From Candidatus Sulfomarinibacter sp. (lineage in GTDB: Bacteria; Acidobacteriota; Thermoanaerobaculia; Thermoanaerobaculales; Sulfomarinibacteraceae), in the NCBI GenBank assembly GCA_041560205.1, contig JBFFBV010000012.1:2208-66207 (forward strand): a DNA stretch of 64,000 bases, read 5' to 3'. Shown here piece by piece: positions 16,904 through 26,327 of this stretch (position 1 is the first letter of the stretch; every line of letters starts with the position of its first letter). Under the pieces are notes generated by a model that was not told the DNA's origin, ran no database searches, and worked only from the letters and a program-made list of their open reading frames with translations. Made by a program: the position numbers and the translations under genes.

Positions 16904-17953
16904 ATGGAGTTGAGCAAGAGAGCGCTCTCCGTTCTCTGCGCAGTGGTGGAGCTTCACATTCGCTCGGGCGGCCCGGTCGCCTCGAAGCAGGTGGCTCGCC
17001 ACTCGGGGCTCGGTCTGTCTCCAGCCACGATGCGCAACGTGATGGCCGAGTTGGAGGAAGGCGGTTTCCTGTGCCGAGCGCACAGTTCCGCAGGGCGCGT
17101 GCCGTCGGACCGTGGCTTCCGTCAGTACGTCGACACGATGCCGCGTCGGAGCGCTTTGACGCCGACGATTCGGCAGCAGCTGGAAGAGCGAATGGCGACC
17201 ATGCGCCGGGAGCTCGTCGAGGACATCGAGTGGGTGGCGCAACTGATTGCCGAAGCGACCAACGAGGCAGGCGTGGCGGTCAGACCGATCGGCGACGGTC
17301 CGGCACTCGAGGCCGTTTCGCTGGTCCTGCTCGACAACAATCGAATTCTGGGAGTCATCGTCACCGATGCCGGGGCAGTCGAGAAACGTGTCCTCGAGCT
17401 GGGCGGCGAACGGACGCGAGAACGACTCCAGACCTTGTCGAACTACCTCACCACCCATCTCGCCGGCATGTCGATGCGCGAGATCGAGATGCGAATGGAC
17501 AATGCCTTCCCGGCGGACGACCCGCGATCCTCTCAGGAGCTGAAATCCGAAGCGATGGAAATCGCACGGCAGCTGTTCTCGAGCGATGGACGGGATGTCG
17601 AGGTATGGGTCGCCGGCACGGAGAACCTGTTGGCCGCCTCGGATTTCGGCGATATCGAGCGCGTGCGTTCGTTGCTGACTACGTTGCAGGATCACGCGCG
17701 AATTGCGGAAGAGTTTCGGCGCGCGTTTGCGCGGGGGCGGACCCAGGTGCTGATTGGCGAGGAATCGGAGGCGACCGCCTCGGGTAGTCTCGGAATGGTC
17801 GCGACTTTGTATTTCAGGGATCGGCGTCGCGCGGGTGCGGTGGGTGTCGTCGGTCCCCGCCGGATGGATTATCAGCGAATCGTTCCGGTCGTCGAGTATG
17901 TGGGGGACACGTTGACACAGATGTTGGAGACTACCGGAGCGCCTGATGCCTGA
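16904..17953 (+). CDS. hrcA: Heat-inducible transcription repressor HrcA
   Basis: N-terminal winged helix (LSVLCAVVELHIRSGGPVASKQVA...PATMRNVMAELEE) and position at the head of grpE-dnaK-dnaJ. Confidence 0.9.
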   Translation: MELSKRALSVLCAVVELHIRSGGPVASKQVARHSGLGLSPATMRNVMAELEEGGFLCRAHSSAGRVPSDRGFRQYVDTMPRRSALTPTIRQQLEERMATMRRELVEDIEWVAQLIAEATNEAGVAVRPIGDGPALEAVSLVLLDNNRILGVIVTDAGAVEKRVLELGGERTRERLQTLSNYLTTHLAGMSMREIEMRMDNAFPADDPRSSQELKSEAMEIARQLFSSDGRDVEVWVAGTENLLAASDFGDIERVRSLLTTLQDHARIAEEFRRAFARGRTQVLIGEESEATASGSLGMVATLYFRDRRRAGAVGVVGPRRMDYQRIVPVVEYVGDTLTQMLETTGAPDA

Positions 17954-18593
17954 GGACAAGGAATTCCCGATCGACGCCGAACCGGGCGACGAAATTGAAA
18001 TCGAGTTCCTCGACCAAGATGCCGACGAGCTTCAAGCGGAGGAAGCGAGGGCCGAGACCGACGAGTCCGAAGAAGATCCGGCCGGCCTGATCGAGATTCG
18101 CGATGAGTCGGTGGAGGAGGAGGCGGAGCACCTCAAGGCGGAGCTCGACCACGTCCGCGACATCTATCTCCGGAAGCTCGCCGAGTTCGACAACTTCCGC
18201 AAGCGGGTCGAGCGTGAACGCGAAGATATCCGTCTGGCCGGCGTCGAGGAGATGGTCCGGGACCTCCTCCCCGTGCTCGACAACTTCGAGCGTGCGCTCC
18301 AGCACGCGGAGGACGACAGTGGTGCTTTTCAGCAGGGTGTCGAGATGATCGCCAAACAACTCTGGGACACCCTCGAGCGGCGCGGGGTCAAGGAGGTCAA
18401 CCCGGTCGGTGAGCAGTTTGATCCGGAGCTTCACGAGGCGGTGCAGCGGGTCGAAGATGGCCAGCACCCGCCCGGTACGGTGGCATGGGTCATGCTCAAG
18501 GGCTACACCATGGGCGACCGACTGATCCGGCCGGCGATGGTGGGGGTGTCGGTCGAATCAGAGGATTCGGGTGGCGGGGGAGGTGACGAGTGA
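17946..18593 (+). CDS. grpE: Nucleotide exchange factor GrpE
   Basis: GrpE core [18 protein letters not shown]...[10 protein letters not shown]...FDPELHEAV. Overlaps the hrcA stop and the dnaK start. Confidence 0.92.
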   Translation: MPEDKEFPIDAEPGDEIEIEFLDQDADELQAEEARAETDESEEDPAGLIEIRDESVEEEAEHLKAELDHVRDIYLRKLAEFDNFRKRVEREREDIRLAGVEEMVRDLLPVLDNFERALQHAEDDSGAFQQGVEMIAKQLWDTLERRGVKEVNPVGEQFDPELHEAVQRVEDGQHPPGTVAWVMLKGYTMGDRLIRPAMVGVSVESEDSGGGGGDE

Positions 18594-20485
18594 GCAAGAT
18601 CATCGGCATCGATCTCGGCACCACCAACTGCTGCGCGGCGGTCGTGGATGTGACCAAGCCGGTCGTCATTCCCAACCGCGAAGGGGCGCGGACCACACCG
18701 TCGGTGGTCGCCTTTACCGCCGCGGGTGAGCGGCTGGTCGGGCAGATTGCCCGTCGTCAGGCCATGACCAACCCGCAGAACACGGCCTATGCTGTCAAGC
18801 GGCTGATCGGACGACGGTACGACTCCGAAGAGGTGCGGTGGGCGAGGACTCTGGTCCCGTACGCAATCGTCGAAGCCGAAAACGGTGACGTCTGCGTGGA
18901 AATCCTCAGCCGGGCCTACAGTCCCCCGGAGATCTCGTCGTTCATCCTTCGCGAGATCAAAGAGTTTGCCGAGGAGTTTCTCGGTGAAGAAATCACGCAG
19001 GCGATTATCACCGTCCCCGCCTACTTCGATGACAGCCAACGGCAGGCGACCAAGGATGCCGGCACGATCGCCGGTCTCGAGGTCCTCAGGATCATCAACG
19101 AGCCGACGGCGGCGTCTCTCGCATACGGATTCGGCAAGGACAAGAACGAGACCATTGCCGTCTACGACCTCGGCGGCGGTACCTTCGATATTTCCGTGCT
19201 CGACATCGGCGACGGCATATACGAGGTGAAGTCGACCGCGGGCGACACCTTTCTCGGCGGTGAGGACTTCGACTCGAGGGTGATGGAGCACCTGCTCCAG
19301 GAGTTCAAGAGCGAGACCGGCCTCGATCTGTCGGACGACATGATGGCGATGCAGCGCATCAAGGAGGCGGCCGAGGCCGCCAAGTGTGAGCTCTCCAGCC
19401 ATGAAGAGAATGACATCTCGCTGCCGTTCATCGCCGCCGACCACACGGGGCCCAAGCACCTCCAGGTGCGGTTGACGCAGAGCCAGCTCGAGGGTCTGGT
19501 GGCCGATCTCGTCGAGAGGACCCTGGAGCCGTGCAGGAACGCTCTCGAGGCGGCGCGACTCCAGCCGGAACAGATCGACGAAATCATCCTTGTCGGTGGG
19601 CAGACCCGCATGCCGCTCGTCCAGAAAACGGTCAGTGAGTTCTTCAAACGGCCCCCGAACCAGGAGATCAACCCGGACGAGGTGGTGGGCATCGGTGCTG
19701 CCATTCAAGCGGGGATCCTGCAGGGAGAGGTCAAGGACCTCATCCTCCTCGACGTGACCCCGCTCTCCCTGGGCATCGAGACCCACGGCGGGCTGTTTAC
19801 CAGAATCATCGAGCGCAACTCGACGGTGCCGACGAAGAAATCGATGATTTTTACGACCGTCGGCGACAACCAGACGACGGTCAACGTGCACGTCCTCCAG
19901 GGTGAGCGCGGCATCTCGAGCGAGAACCGATCGCTCGGTCGCTTCGACCTGGTGGGCATTCCTCCCGCGCCACGCGGCGTGCCGCAGATCGAGGTCACCT
20001 TCTCCATCGACTCGAATGGCATCGTCAATGTCGGCGCGCGCGACCTCGCGACCGGCAAGGAGCAGAGCATCGAGGTCAACCCGGCGGGCGGGCTCTCCAA
20101 GGCCGAGATCGATGCTCTCATCGCCGAGGCAGACAAATTCCGCAAGGACGACCAGGAGCATCGGGAGATCCGCGAGCTGCAGAACCGTCTCGAGGGCCTG
20201 CTCTACACCAACGAGCGGGTGGTACGGGAATTCGGCGCCGGCTTAAGCACCGAAGATCGCGAGGAGGTCCGGGCGACCCTCAATCGCGCGAGGAAGGCCC
20301 TTACGAGTGAGGAACGGTCGGTCCTCGAGGAGGCGATCTACGCGGTCCAGGACGCGGCACAGATCCTGACCCATGTGATCATGCTCGACCCGGTGGCGGC
20401 GCTCGGGGGGGAGCTCAAGATGAACCCTGACGCGCCAGGCGGCGACGTCATCGAGGAAGAGCCCGAAAGCGAGTCCCAGGAGTAA
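18590..20485 (+). CDS. dnaK: Molecular chaperone DnaK (Hsp70)
   Basis: Hsp70 signatures [19 protein letters not shown] and [11 protein letters not shown]. Confidence 0.98.
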   Translation: MSKIIGIDLGTTNCCAAVVDVTKPVVIPNREGARTTPSVVAFTAAGERLVGQIARRQAMTNPQNTAYAVKRLIGRRYDSEEVRWARTLVPYAIVEAENGDVCVEILSRAYSPPEISSFILREIKEFAEEFLGEEITQAIITVPAYFDDSQRQATKDAGTIAGLEVLRIINEPTAASLAYGFGKDKNETIAVYDLGGGTFDISVLDIGDGIYEVKSTAGDTFLGGEDFDSRVMEHLLQEFKSETGLDLSDDMMAMQRIKEAAEAAKCELSSHEENDISLPFIAADHTGPKHLQVRLTQSQLEGLVADLVERTLEPCRNALEAARLQPEQIDEIILVGGQTRMPLVQKTVSEFFKRPPNQEINPDEVVGIGAAIQAGILQGEVKDLILLDVTPLSLGIETHGGLFTRIIERNSTVPTKKSMIFTTVGDNQTTVNVHVLQGERGISSENRSLGRFDLVGIPPAPRGVPQIEVTFSIDSNGIVNVGARDLATGKEQSIEVNPAGGLSKAEIDALIAEADKFRKDDQEHREIRELQNRLEGLLYTNERVVREFGAGLSTEDREEVRATLNRARKALTSEERSVLEEAIYAVQDAAQILTHVIMLDPVAALGGELKMNPDAPGGDVIEEEPESESQE

Positions 20486-21622
20486 ATGACGACCGGAACG
20501 CGGCGAGATTATTACGATATTCTCGGTATCAGCCGAGATGCGTCGGCGAGCGATATCAAGGCTGCATATCGCAGGCTCGCCGTGCAGTTCCACCCCGACC
20601 GGAACCCCGACGACCCCGATGCCGAGGAGAAGTTCAAAGAGGCGTCGGAGGCTTATGCGGTGCTCTCGGACGCCGACAAGAGATCGCGCTACGACCGCTT
20701 CGGTCACCAGGGACTCGGGGGAGAAGGCTTCACCGGTTTCGATCCGGGAGCCTTTGGCGATTTCGCGGACATTCTCGGCGACCTCTTCGGCTTCGGTGAC
20801 ATCTTCGGGGCCCGGAGGAGAGGGGGAGGGCAACGCGCGCGACGCGGTCGAGACCTCCAGTACACATTGAAGCTCAGCCTGGAAGAGGCGGCAACCGGTG
20901 TCGAGCGATCGATCAGGGTCCCACGCTACGAGGGCTGTGAGCGCTGCTCGGGGTCCGGATCGGAGCCCGGAACCGCGCCCGAGAGCTGCAACACCTGCCA
21001 GGGGTCGGGTCAGGTGGCATTTCGACGCGGCTTCTTGTCGGTGGCCCAGACCTGTCCGACCTGCGGCGGGGCCGGTCGGGTCAATCGGAACCCGTGCCGC
21101 GATTGTGATGGCAGGGGTCGAAATGAGAAGGAGGCCTCGCTCAAGGTCACGGTGCCGGCCGGCGTCGACAGCGGGATGCGGCTGCGGCTGTCGGGCGAAG
21201 GGGAGACTGGTGCTCTGGGTGGCCCTCCCGGCGATCTCTTCGTCGTGATGGCGATCGAGGAGCACGACCTCTTCCAGCGCGATGGCGTCGACCTCCACCT
21301 CGAACTTCCGATCTCGGTTTTTCAGGCGATGCTGGGTGCCAAGATTCCGCTGGCGACGATCCTCGGGGAATCACAAGAGGTTGAAATCGGAGCCGGCGCG
21401 CAGCCGGGAGATGTCATCCGTCTCAAAGGTCTGGGCATGCCACACGTCAACGGCGGACGAAGGGGCCACCTGTACGTCCACCTGCGCGTTGTCCTTCCAT
21501 CGAAGTTGAACGCCGAGCAGCGGAAGCTCCTCGAGCAGGTTGCAGAGCTCGGGGGTGGCCTCGAACCGGAGGTCGATCGTGGGTTCTTCGATCGTCTCCG
21601 GCGGGCCTTCGGCGGAGATTAA
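20486..21622 (+). CDS. dnaJ: Molecular chaperone DnaJ
   Basis: J-domain with HPD (FHPDRNP), a G/F region and four CxxCxGxG zinc motifs. The start abuts the dnaK stop. Confidence 0.97.
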   Translation: MTTGTRRDYYDILGISRDASASDIKAAYRRLAVQFHPDRNPDDPDAEEKFKEASEAYAVLSDADKRSRYDRFGHQGLGGEGFTGFDPGAFGDFADILGDLFGFGDIFGARRRGGGQRARRGRDLQYTLKLSLEEAATGVERSIRVPRYEGCERCSGSGSEPGTAPESCNTCQGSGQVAFRRGFLSVAQTCPTCGGAGRVNRNPCRDCDGRGRNEKEASLKVTVPAGVDSGMRLRLSGEGETGALGGPPGDLFVVMAIEEHDLFQRDGVDLHLELPISVFQAMLGAKIPLATILGESQEVEIGAGAQPGDVIRLKGLGMPHVNGGRRGHLYVHLRVVLPSKLNAEQRKLLEQVAELGGGLEPEVDRGFFDRLRRAFGGD

Positions 21623-21661
21623 TCCCGCCCATCAGAAGCGCTCATCTGCATCGATGACGCC

Positions 21662-21734
21662 GGTGCCACTTTCACAATTGTCATCAGCGCCTTGATGCCC
21701 CGAGCGCGCTACTGACAATTGTGAAGGTGGCACC
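21662..21734. repeat. Palindromic element, GGTGCCAC...GTGGCACC family, copy 2
   Basis: Arms GGTGCCACTTTCACAATTGTCA / TGACAATTGTGAAGGTGGCACC with a 29-nt spacer. It shares the GGTGCCAC-N2-3-TCACA(A)TTGTC core with the element at 9496. Confidence 0.8.
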
Positions 21735-21849
21735 TGACTCGCCTCTTTGAAGAGCACTTCTCACGGGAGGCACCTGCGTCGCCGACGCGAGAAGCGCTTG
21801 CCGGGTGAGGCAAAAAGATGGTATCCAAAGGACCTCTGTAGAACGGCCG

Positions 21850-22707
21850 ATGGACACCTACCTCAGCATCCATTGTCTGATCTCGCCGGAGCTGGAGGAA
21901 GAGCTCCCCGAGCTGCTCGACGAATGGCCGGTGCTCGGCATCGAGATCGGTGAGGTCACGGGCCGTGGCCTGATCATTTCGATCCATCTCCAGGAACCCG
22001 AAAAGAGCGCAACTGAAGGCATCCGCAATCTCCTCACCGAGATCGGCGCCCAGGACATCGAGATGCGAGCCGTCGAGGCCGATGATTGGATGGCGAGATA
22101 TCGCTCACGGGTCCACCCCTTCGAAGTCGGCGAGCACTGGTGGATCGACCCCCACCCCAACCAACCAAGCCACGCACCTCCGGGCCGAAAACGGCTGGCC
22201 ATCGAGCCACGTATGGCCTTCGGGACCGGGTCCCACGAGTCCACCCGGGCCATTCTGATCGCGCTCGAGGAGATCGAGGTCAAGGGGCGCAGCGTGCTCG
22301 ACGTCGGAACGGGGTCGGGGATCCTGGCCCTTGCCTCCGAGTGTCGAGGGGCAAGCTCCGTTATTGCCCTCGATATCGATGACACGGCGGTGTGGGTAGC
22401 CGTCGAGACATCGAGGCAGCAGGACTGGAAATCTCGCCTGAGCTTTGTCGTTGGTCCGGTCGGCTGTCTCGGCGACGTGGACTTCGATATCGTGCTGTGC
22501 AACATGATGACGGCGAACTTCCTGCCCCTCGTGGTCGAGCTGAGGGACCTCCTCGCTCCGACGGGTGTCATCGTGTTCTCGGGCTTGCTCGCCAGCGATT
22601 TGAAGGTGGTGTCGGAATCGCTCGAGTCAGCCGGCCTGGAGGTCCGTTCGGAGCGCACGATGGGAGATTGGGCGAGTCTCGTGGCAGCCAGGGTGGTGGC
22701 GCGATGA
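21850..22707 (+). CDS. prmA: Ribosomal protein L11 methyltransferase
   Basis: SAM motif VLDVGTGSGILALA, PrmA-like N-terminal domain and the conserved dnaJ-prmA-rsmE neighbourhood. Confidence 0.85.
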   Translation: MDTYLSIHCLISPELEEELPELLDEWPVLGIEIGEVTGRGLIISIHLQEPEKSATEGIRNLLTEIGAQDIEMRAVEADDWMARYRSRVHPFEVGEHWWIDPHPNQPSHAPPGRKRLAIEPRMAFGTGSHESTRAILIALEEIEVKGRSVLDVGTGSGILALASECRGASSVIALDIDDTAVWVAVETSRQQDWKSRLSFVVGPVGCLGDVDFDIVLCNMMTANFLPLVVELRDLLAPTGVIVFSGLLASDLKVVSESLESAGLEVRSERTMGDWASLVAARVVAR

Positions 22708-23441
22708 AGACGCCTCCCCGGCTTCTCGCGGCGCCGGGGACCTTGATCTCGGGTCACACCGTCATGCTCGAGCCCGACGAGGCACGGCATTTGACCGGCT
22801 CGCTGCGTCGACGGGTGGGCGACCAGCTCGTCCTTGTCGACGGGTCGGGCTCGGTGGCGCAAGCGAGAGTGGTTTCGACCAGCAGGGGCAAGGTCGAAGC
22901 GGAGGTTCTGTCGGTACGGCTGGAGGCCGAGCCTGAGTTCGACGGCGTCACCGTGGCCATGGCGATCGTCGAAAACAGGGCCATGGACTGGGCAGTGCAA
23001 AAAGCCGTCGAAATCGGGGTCTGTCGCTTTGCACCGGTAATTACGGGGCGTACGCAGCTTCGCGGGAAAGAGCCGGGCGGAAGGTGCGATCACTGGCGGA
23101 GGATCGCCATGCAGGCGCTCAAGCAGTGCCAGCGTTCGTGGGCGATGGAGGTTGCAGAGGTTGCCCACCTGTCGGATCTGGTCGATGGTTGGTCGGGCAG
23201 TGGTGTCGTGGCCGGCAGGACGGGTTGTGCAGCCGGTGAGCTGTCGGCTGCAGCGGGGAACGTCTTGGTAGTCGGCCCGGAAGGTGGTTTCACGGTCGAG
23301 GAGGAGGAGCTCTTCGATCGCCGAGCCTGGCAGAGGCTTCGCTTGGGACCGCACGTGCTTCGGGCTGAGACGGCTGTGGTGGTGGGTGGGGCGATCATGG
23401 TTGCTCGTTCCGAGCTGTCAAGAGTCGGGAGTGGCGAGTAA
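22704..23441 (+). CDS. rsmE: 16S rRNA (uracil1498-N3)-methyltransferase
   Basis: RsmE motifs (PUA-like N-terminus, VVGPEGGFT, LGPHVLRAETA). The ATG overlaps the prmA stop (ATGA). Confidence 0.85.
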   Translation: MKTPPRLLAAPGTLISGHTVMLEPDEARHLTGSLRRRVGDQLVLVDGSGSVAQARVVSTSRGKVEAEVLSVRLEAEPEFDGVTVAMAIVENRAMDWAVQKAVEIGVCRFAPVITGRTQLRGKEPGGRCDHWRRIAMQALKQCQRSWAMEVAEVAHLSDLVDGWSGSGVVAGRTGCAAGELSAAAGNVLVVGPEGGFTVEEEELFDRRAWQRLRLGPHVLRAETAVVVGGAIMVARSELSRVGSGE

Positions 23442-23495
23442 CTCCATTTTGCCCTTCCCGGACACACGATCGTGACCCTGAAATCTTCACTCGAC

Positions 23496-23518
23496 ATCGG
23501 GATCGGGATCGGGATCGG
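23496..23518. repeat. Hexamer tandem repeat (ATCGGG) ~x4
   Basis: ATCGGG ATCGGG ATCGGG ATCGG, immediately upstream of the TAGAAT box of tatD. Confidence 0.85.
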
Positions 23519-23520
23519 TT

Positions 23521-23526
23521 TAGAAT
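23521..23526 (+). promoter_or_regulatory. -10-like box TAGAAT 6 nt upstream of the tatD ATG (possible leaderless mRNA)
   Basis: TAGAAT-TTTCAA-ATG with no SD between them. Confidence 0.3.
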
Positions 23527-23532
23527 TTCAAA

Positions 23533-24327
23533 ATGAGTAAAACGCCGATCTGGATCGATTCCCACGCACATCTGACCATGTTCGAAGCGGAGGAAATCCC
23601 CGCTGTCCTCGATCGGGCTCTGATGGCAGGGGTCCGCGGGGTCCTCGTACCTGCCACAGGGAGCGACGACCTCGAGACCGCCGTCGCCCTCGCGCGGGAT
23701 TATCCCGAGAATGTGGTGGCGGCCGTCGGCGTGCACCCTCACGAGGCACGATCACTCGACAGGGACTTGAAGCGCAGCATTGAAGCTTCGTGTGCGGCCG
23801 ACGGAGTCGTGGCAGTGGGGGAGATCGGGCTCGACTATCACTACATGAATTCGCCGCGAGAGGACCAGGTGGCGGCCTGTGCGTGGCAGCTGGACCTCGC
23901 GATCGAGCTCGACCTGCCGGTCGTCATCCACAACCGCGATTCGTGGTCGGACCTCGAAAAGCTGCTCGGCGACCGCCAAGGGCGGGTTCGCGGTGTGTGC
24001 CATTCGTTCACCGAAGGCCCCGAGGAAGCTCTGCGTGTCATGGAGCTGGGCCTTTTCGTGGGGATATCGGGGATGGTCACCTTCAAAAAGGCCGACAACA
24101 TTCGGGAGATGGTTACGCCCCTGGATCCGGCCCGCGTTTTGGTGGAGACCGACAGCCCGTTTCTCGCCCCAGTTCCGCACCGAGGGCGGAGAAACGAACC
24201 GGCGTACGTGCCGCTTGTCGGCAAGAGATTGGCTGAAGAGTGGAAAAAGCCGGCGGGGGAAATCGCGCTGCTTTCCACCACCGGCTTTCGCGAGCTTTTT
24301 CGTGTTGAAGATCGGTGGCCCGAATGA
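23533..24327 (+). CDS. tatD: TatD family metal-dependent hydrolase/DNase
   Basis: N-terminal IDSHAHL metal motif and EIGLDYH. 264 aa, typical for the family. Confidence 0.9.
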   Translation: MSKTPIWIDSHAHLTMFEAEEIPAVLDRALMAGVRGVLVPATGSDDLETAVALARDYPENVVAAVGVHPHEARSLDRDLKRSIEASCAADGVVAVGEIGLDYHYMNSPREDQVAACAWQLDLAIELDLPVVIHNRDSWSDLEKLLGDRQGRVRGVCHSFTEGPEEALRVMELGLFVGISGMVTFKKADNIREMVTPLDPARVLVETDSPFLAPVPHRGRRNEPAYVPLVGKRLAEEWKKPAGEIALLSTTGFRELFRVEDRWPE

Positions 24328-24330
24328 GCC

Positions 24331-24717
24331 TCAGAGTTTCTTGGGTCGTCGTCCCCTTCGTCGCTGCACATGCTTCAAGCTGATGGTCAGCATTTTCGTG
24401 TCCGGATCGAGACCGACGTCGAAGCGCTGTGCTTCTTCGAATGAAAGACCGTAGAGATCGAAAAACTGTGGTGCTTTGAGGCTCACAGAACGCCTTCTCC
24501 GCGAAAGTTTCAGCGCTCCGTCATCCCCTTCGTTTTTGATGATCTGTACGCCCACCATCTTGCGAGTTTTGTCGAAATACAGCACCGCGTGCGTCGCAGA
24601 ATGAAGATCGAACGCCTCTACCGACGCTGCATCGAATGAAATCAAACCACTCGGGCGAATCGTTGCCCGGGGTCGAACGCCGGAGGTCTGGGGCGGGATG
24701 AATTTTTCGAACGCCAT
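24331..24717 (-). CDS. Hypothetical small protein with basic C-terminal tail
   Basis: 128 aa. SD GGAGGTG lies 5 nt upstream of the ATG, with a TTGACT-17-TATTCT promoter. The C-terminus is KHVQRRRGRRPKKL. GC is lower than in the flanks. No family recognised. Confidence 0.6.
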   Translation of the reverse strand: MAFEKFIPPQTSGVRPRATIRPSGLISFDAASVEAFDLHSATHAVLYFDKTRKMVGVQIIKNEGDDGALKLSRRRRSVSLKAPQFFDLYGLSFEEAQRFDVGLDPDTKMLTISLKHVQRRRGRRPKKL

Positions 24718-24743
24718 CGAGCACCTCCACAGAGATTATCGTC

Positions 24744-24772
24744 AGAATACGGTTTTGGGTGGCGTGAGTCAA
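24744..24772 (-). promoter_or_regulatory. Putative sigma70 promoter for the 128-aa gene
   Basis: Reverse complement reads TTGACT (24772-24767), 17-nt spacer, TATTCT (24749-24744). An A/T-rich UP-like tract lies further upstream. Confidence 0.45.
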
Positions 24773-25061
24773 GAGTTTTTTCGAAAAATAAATTGAAAAA
24801 ATTGACACAAGTTATTGAATTGTAGCTGCAACAACTGCCGCTGCATTGCTTTTCAGGCAGGTGAGATCTCGTGGATTTCCGCGTCCTTTTTATCGATTTG
24901 AATTCCCTTCTAATTGTGGTCGAGAAGCGTGGCATACACCTTTTGGAAACGCGGTCAATGGGATTCCACAGAGGTGCAAATGCTGAGGTGTTGAGGTTTA
25001 GCAATCGAATCGACGAATGGGCGGTGTCGCCGCATCGTCGATGCGTTGTTAGACTGTTCCA

Positions 25062-25403
25062 ATGGCGGTGAGCGATCTCTACAGGGATCGGGAGATCCAG
25101 GGCAAAACAATGGTGTTGAATCACGCCCGCGAAATGTCTGCCAACTCTGCGTGCGAAGAAAGGCCTTCGCTCTCGGTTGTCTTCGAATATGCCGACCGTA
25201 ATGTGCCGCGTGAGAGAGCCGTCCCGGTTTCGGTTTTTTCGGGACGGGTTGGCACGAGAGGGGTGCGAGGAGTCGATCGACCTCTCGAGACCATCGAAAT
25301 GATTCTGATTCTCGACAAGCCGACCATTCGCATGACACCGGATGTGGGCGACAGTGGTCAAGGTCTCGTGCCTTCGGCCCTGCTCCGGGTGGAGGCCACC
25401 TGA
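25062..25403 (+). CDS. Possible hypothetical protein (113 aa)
   Basis: The only support is that the ORF ends in TGATG, overlapping the glycosyltransferase start (possible translational coupling). Composition is atypical and there is no clear SD. Confidence 0.25.
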   Translation: MAVSDLYRDREIQGKTMVLNHAREMSANSACEERPSLSVVFEYADRNVPRERAVPVSVFSGRVGTRGVRGVDRPLETIEMILILDKPTIRMTPDVGDSGQGLVPSALLRVEAT

Positions 25404-26314
25404 TGCGGGTGTCGGTCGTCATCCCCACGTACAACCGGCTCGCAGAGCTTCAAAAAGTCATTCATGCGGTCGAGGGCCAGGCGAGGCCGCCTGGTACCGA
25501 TTTGGAGACCGTCGTCATCGACGACGGTTCCTCCGACGGCACTTCGGATTGGCTGGCCGGACGGAGCCAGGAGAAGGCAATCAGGGTATTTCGGCAATCG
25601 AACTCGGGACCGGCAAGGGCTCGCAACCTGGGAGTCGAAAAAGCCACCGGAGAAATCATCATGTTCCTGGGCGACGACACCGAGCCCCAGCCTGCGTGGC
25701 TCGTGACCCATCTCGACCACCATCGACTCTTCGGCGGCAGGGGGCCCCTGGCGGTCCTCGGCTACACGTCGTTCGCTTCGGACCTCGACAGCCCTTTCCT
25801 GCGCTACATCAACGAGTATGGCGCCCAGTTCGGTTACCACCTGATCGACGAACCATGCGACGTGCCCTTCAATTTCTTCTACACATCCAATATCTCGCTG
25901 CCGCGCGAAGAGATCGTGCGCTTGGGTGGATTTCGCGAGGACTTTCCGGCCGCCGCGTGGGAGGACATCGAGTTTGCCTACCGGGCGGTGCGCGACGGTC
26001 TGAAAATCCGCTACGAACCGAGAGCGCGGACCATCCACCATCACTGTGTTCGGCCGCGGACGTTCTGTCGCCGGCAGAGGACATCCGGGCGGTCGGCGGC
26101 CATTTTCGGGTCCCTGCACCCGGAGCTCGGCGAGTTCCTCGGCCTGCACCGTTCTCCAAGAAGCTCCGTGCTTGGGAGGATGCGCCGTCTTGCACTCTAC
26201 GCCTTGGTGGAGCTCGGTGAGAGGGTGGACGGGCTGGTCCCGCACGGGGTCTACCGGGAGTTTCTCGATCAGTGCTACCTGGAGGGCTTGGCAGACGCCT
26301 TGCATGAGAAATAA
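25403..26314 (+). CDS. Family 2 glycosyltransferase
   Basis: GT-A signature VSVVIPTYNR...VVIDDGSSDGT and a downstream DD/ED motif (FLGDDTEP). Confidence 0.85.
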   Translation: MRVSVVIPTYNRLAELQKVIHAVEGQARPPGTDLETVVIDDGSSDGTSDWLAGRSQEKAIRVFRQSNSGPARARNLGVEKATGEIIMFLGDDTEPQPAWLVTHLDHHRLFGGRGPLAVLGYTSFASDLDSPFLRYINEYGAQFGYHLIDEPCDVPFNFFYTSNISLPREEIVRLGGFREDFPAAAWEDIEFAYRAVRDGLKIRYEPRARTIHHHCVRPRTFCRRQRTSGRSAAIFGSLHPELGEFLGLHRSPRSSVLGRMRRLALYALVELGERVDGLVPHGVYREFLDQCYLEGLADALHEK

Positions 26315-26327
26315 GCGGAGGTGACTC

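Noticed and set aside
18503-20161. 552-aa minus-strand ORF
   Set aside because: It is a mirror ORF of dnaK, whose identity is unambiguous.
24802-24830. Plus-strand TTGACA as a promoter for the AT-rich island
   Set aside because: No acceptable -10 hexamer lies at 15-19 nt spacing (GCTGCA, AGCTGC and TAGCTG are all poor).
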